Position numbers and translations under genes: made by a program. Positions 59,099 through 64,000 of a stretch of 64,000 nt of DNA are shown one piece after another; positions within the stretch are counted from its first letter, which is position 1; each line of letters starts with the position of its first letter. Below the pieces are notes generated by a model that was given only the letters and a program-made list of their open reading frames with translations, was not told the DNA's origin and ran no database searches. The stretch spans positions 2,294,001-2,358,000 of the forward strand of contig CM039004.1 of assembly GCA_017499595.2 (NCBI GenBank), in the 5' to 3' direction. The stretch comes from Psilocybe cubensis (lineage: Eukaryota).

Positions 59099-62000
59099 TC
59101 AAGGAGACCAAGTCTTGGTCCAGAAATGCATGCACTGCATCTCGCACAGTTCACGGTTTTCCTTGAGGATAGCGATGACCTCAAAACAGAGCTTCCTATA
59201 CTCCGCGCGTTGTTCAGTACCCTCGGCAAGTTTCTACAATGACAAAAGACGTTAACGACGCTAAAGGAGAAATGCTGAACAAAGACGTACTGTGAGATTG
59301 TTTCGCATCGCAGAGAGCATATTGCGACACAAATCTACGTAGGTTTGAACTTCAAGAGGAACCTCAGGCCTTCCAATACGGTCTTGTCGTATCCGCTCGT
59401 TCAAGTTTCTGAAAATGCCTTCAAACGAAATGTTGATTGACGTTACACACTGCTGAGAAAAAAGTAAAATACCTTGCAGTAAGGGCAATCGCAAATCCAG
59501 GAACTGTTCTCTTGTCAAGTCGTAATCACCAGAAGATTCGTCTTTCGGTGGCAACGGTGCTGCATTAAGGAGAAGAGGGTGTCGGCCATCAATAGAGAGC
59601 ACAAGAGACACATATGCTCGTTCGACAGTAGGATCATTTGCCTTTGCTGCTGTGTGTAGAACCGTAGAATCAGAAATCAAGGCGTTAAGGAACACGCCGA
59701 AAGCACGGTTCATGAAGTCCTATTTCGTCCTCATCAAGTCAGAGTGATGGAAAAACGAAAGCAAAAGAAGACAAACCATATATTGCATTGGGTCAAGTCG
59801 GAGGGTTTGATACATGATGCTTAGCTGTACCCTACGGGTCCAATGTTCGTCATGGCATTTGGCCAGTTCTTCATCGATCCGCTTGAACGTTTCTTCCCAC
59901 TAATAATCTCAATGAGCAGGAAATAGTTAGGTTACGAATTCAAAACCTACAGCAGTTTTCGTTGCCTCGATAGCAGAAAGCCCCAGCCGTGCACGTAGCC
60001 ATAGATCGCACAAGTAGTTGTCTCCTTTGCGTGACTGAACGAGAAAAGGTTCCAATCCTGCAAATGTTGCGAATTTGAGTTTATTCAGATTTTTCAACAC
60101 CTGACACATTCTCATTTAGTGGCTGAAAGGTCATAAGCAAACACAAGACTCACTTTGCGGAAATTCTCATCGTTTTCATTACTGGCAACGGAAGATACAG
60201 CAAGAGCCTCGGGAAGGTTGACGTCTGTCCAGTCGAAATCATCCTCAAACCCATAATCCTGGCTCTCTTGACTATCCTCGTCGATAGCTGACTGTGAAGG
60301 TGCTGGCAAAGAGGGTCGAGTCGGGGGTGGCAATGCTTTCGACCGCGCATTCAAGTACGCATCCATAAGACGAACGAACTGTTTGCTTATTGGGTTCTTA
60401 TGCGCCTTGAAATTCGTCACCTTCTGGTTAGTATAAACCTCTTGCAAGCTTTCTATGGGATAAATCAGACCTAATTCGAAAATTGGTTAGATGAGACTTA
60501 CCAAGGAATGTCGGCTCCGGATAGAAACTATACTCAGCACACGATTCTATAATGCTGCGTACGGCTACAAAGAGAGAATACATCAACTTTTCCAGCGACG
60601 ATTTGTCCGCCGTTCTAGTATTTTGGGAAGAAGAGACCTCGAGCGAAGTGCAAGTCTTGAATTCTTCAATCAGCGTATGTGCCATATCCTCAATCCAACT
60701 AGCAAAAGCAGCAACACTCATTTTTCGCTGTACCAATAGGCATCCCCAATTTGCCATTCCCCTAATGATAGCCAATCGAGATTGGGTGTTGACTTTAGAA
60801 AAGTCGAGATAACTGCGAGCTTTATCGACTCGACTTTTCAAAGAGCTCCTATCCAAGTCGCTTGCAATAGCTAAAGCAGCCATGCGATTGTAGAACATCG
60901 TCATCTCTTGACCGCGAGGTTCCGTAAACGAGAGATCTCCCATAGGGATCAACAGTCGCATGAGTTTACCGAACTTGACAGACGTTGGACCAGTCGCAGA
61001 AAGTTTCCCATCCTGAATGGCTTGAATGATAAGCTTCATGAATAATGTATAAGCGGTCTCGTTGTAATTGAGCGATAGACGGCTCCAGTCAGCGTCTCTG
61101 AAAAAAGCAGGGTATTCATCTTTCTCATGCAAGAGATTGGCGTGTTTTCTGCTGGTAAATATTGGCAACAGCTCGTTGAACATCAACATGGCCGTAGAAT
61201 CCCCAAGATTCCACTTATACCTGTCCCACAAGTGGAAGCATCGATTGAGGATCAGTGCAACATATTTATCATACTTTCGTCGTGAATCTTCTGGGATTTG
61301 CTCCAAATTGGGGTTGAGGTTGATTCTTCGGAGAGCGAATATCACGATGTCCCAATAAGTCGGAAGATGTGACTGACCAACTGTCATCCCATGAACAGAG
61401 AATTGCGATAATGCGCAGACACTATAGATGGTCAGCCACGCGTCTTCACTGGCTTCGTAAGGCGTCCGCGTATTTTTTTCTTCGGCGCGAGCAACCAAAA
61501 TTTCCTTTAGCTGTGTCCAGAATCGGTGACTTTGGGGGGTGGCAGTTTCGTATAGTTTTGAGCCGAGAAGGTGGATGAGCCGGACCCATAGCTCTGCAGT
61601 ATAATGAGCAAGTGACGTATCATTTAAGTCGACTTCATCAAGGAATGGTTGCATGGTCTGATTGAGACCATACTGCAGTAATAGACGCATGAGCAAAGAG
61701 GGAGAATCTTCGGAAAGTTTTTTCAACTCCTTTCCAGAGGAAGAGTCTGAGGTCGATCTGCCTCGTGTGGATATCTCAACCACAAACCAAACAACATACA
61801 GAACAGGCGCTTCAACAAACGAAATGGAGGCCTTTTCTATTCGGGCGATCAATTGAGTAAATTGGGTTTGAATAGTGTCAACCAGAGCCACCGAATCTTC
61901 CGCCGTAGCATCCTTAAGGTACCAAGAGGTAAGCTGACAGACCATCCTCATCGCTGACGCCCATTGAATGATAGTAACATCAATATCTGGGTCGGGAAGA

Positions 62001-64000
62001 CCAGTTGCGAAGTCAAAAAGTTCTTCAGCGAATTTTGGAAGTATCGAGCAAAGTTCATTAACCCCCATCGTGATATCAAAGTGGAAATCAAGGATATTCG
62101 TGTCCACGATCATTGGTGCGGTTTGCATACTTTGATTGACGTTCATCAGTTCGTATAGCCAACCGTTCTTGATATATGTTGAAGGAGCGAAACTTTTTCC
62201 AGGATGGAAGACAGGTATTCCCAAATCGCTAGCATTTTCGGCCTTTGGTGTTTTCTGCGATGACGATGCTTCAGGAAACGCCCCATTTGCGAGAAGCTTT
62301 GGTTTCTTTATAACGAGAGGAGGTTGATAGTGTCTTGACCAATCTATCGTTGGGGCTGGACCAAAAACCTTCGGTTGGAGAGTACGATGAAATCCGACGT
62401 CTTCCAAATCAACGGTGATATACACTGGTCCAGGTCGCCTTCCCGAGGTAATACCTTGCACGTCAGAGCGGAATGTATAGACTCCTAGTTCTTTAACCCT
62501 TTTTTCCTTCATCTTTTTCCTTTGTCTACGAGTCATTTTCTCTACGGGAATGACACGGTTTTCTTGATCAGACTGGTTTTCAAATTCGCCGGACGGACCT
62601 TCATCCAGAGGGCTATGTCTTGAAACGTTTGCCTTGGTCTGTTGGTTTGACGATGATTTTGCAGTTTTGAGATGTTTTTTATTATCGACAGGAAAGGATA
62701 AGAGCGTCTGTCTCTCGCGACCATATTTGCGAGCGCCTGCAGTGATGATGTCGTGTTTGAACTTTGACGGTTTGCGATGTGACTTGCTCGTCAAACCCCG
62801 AGAATTACTCCCTTGACGCACTGAATTGCCAGACCTAGCGAGCATATAATCGATTGCACTTGGATCCCGCAAGCGTTCTGCACCCCCGTGCCTCCGAGGT
62901 TTATATCGGCGGCCATTCCCTCCCACTGGTCGAGCTCCATCATCATCAGAGAGGTTGCCATGTGTGAGATCTATGACCGGTGGTGTTTTAGGCCGTTGGT
63001 ATACGAACAAGATGTCGTTGGCGTCAGAGTCTGGCCCTTCCTCAACCTCCGTATCTTTAGTGTCGACGGGAGATTCAGATGAACTGTCAGAATCACTGCT
63101 GATATCGACCTCAACCTCGCTCTCAGAGTCCCCTTTAATTTCACGAATTGGTTTAGGGTTGCTTGTTATCTGCACTCGGGTTTGACCAGGAAGAAGGCTA
63201 TCGGGGTCCACACTACTCCGTCTGTTTTCCTGCTGCCGATTTGCCCGCTTTTGTTTTTGAGGTGCAGTACTTTCTTGGGCCAATTTGTTGATCATAAAAG
63301 CTGGCATCATCTTATGCAGTATGTTTTTCTTCTTCGGCTCAAGATCCAATACGATGTCTGAGCCAGGTAAAGCAGAACGAGATCGCGACCTTGCGTGGCC
63401 TAGCTCAGCAGTAGGGAGCATTGACATGTCTTCTTCCGCGCCAGAGTCGACTGGAGTAACATCTCCGTACGAGTTTCTGCGAATGCTAGCTGGTGGGGGT
63501 GAAGAGAAATGCTGGGGCTCGTGGAAAGCATTGTTATCATCACCTTCAGGCTCTAGATCTGACATATCATAATCGTCTTGAAAGTAGTCATGCAAGGCAG
63601 CTGCATGATGCGGAACAGCAGAACTCTGGCGGTTAGTCGGAAGATTCTATAGGGAATGAACATAAAAAATGCAATGTATATAAGTTATAACCTACCTCCT
63701 TCTCACTTTGTGAGATCGAAGAAGATTTCTTATGCTTGTGTACAAAATTGGTCTTGTTAAGAGGGAATGGTTTGGCCTTTTTTGATTCTTCCAGACGTTT
63801 CCTTTCGCGTTCCTCTCGTTCCCGAGCTTTTTGTTCCTTCTCCATACGTTTCTTATGTCTTCGAGCTTCTCGAGCGGTCTCCAGTATCCCTTCATCTTCC
63901 TCTTCGTCAGAAAGGCCTTGCAGAATCGGTGGATAATGTTTTTGTTGTTCGCTTGTAGATGCTTCTTGGGAGAGTCCCCTCCGGCGTTTGCGTCTATGCA
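59099..64000 (-). CDS. Mus7/MMS22-family DNA repair protein (5'-partial; start lies beyond the window)
   Basis: A >3-kb exon with a disordered N-terminal part followed by a helical region (YEASEDAWLTIYSVCALSQFSVHG, KYDKYVALILNRC, FTSRKHANL..E, FYNRMAAL). Further exons lead to ...EYRKLCFEVIAILKEN..WSP-TGA at 59101-59099. The family call is from motif recall. Confidence 0.7.

Overview
Intron-rich fungal genomic DNA. The short GT-AG introns, an AaeUPO-like peroxygenase and an LSL-like lectin point to an Agaricomycete, probably Agaricales; this placement is inference. About 14 intact or partial genes can be reconstructed by hand: two convergent cytoplasmic dynein intermediate chain paralogs, two class-V PLP alanine-glyoxylate aminotransferase-like paralogs, BUB3, a secreted FAD-linked (BBE-like) oxidase, a long-type unspecific peroxygenase, an Mss116-like DEAD-box helicase, the sulfite reductase beta subunit (MET5), a small hypothetical protein, a large acidic AT-hook protein (possibly Ifh1/Crf1-like), an LSL-type lectin/beta-pore-forming toxin, a DASH subunit Hsk3-like gene and a partial Mus7/MMS22-like gene. 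There is also a GST pseudogene, a TA-flanked MITE and local duplications. The most striking structure is missed by the ORF track: an ~848-aa orphan gene (7350-4247, minus strand) whose 5' end is a tandem array of six 63-66-nt symmetric phase-1 exons. Each exon encodes one ~22-aa 'QD...KRGRKG' repeat, and all ten introns of the gene are phase 1. Also notable is an apparent organellar split between the two AGT paralogs (mitochondrial-presequence-like extension versus PTS1). All family assignments come from motif recognition, not database searches.
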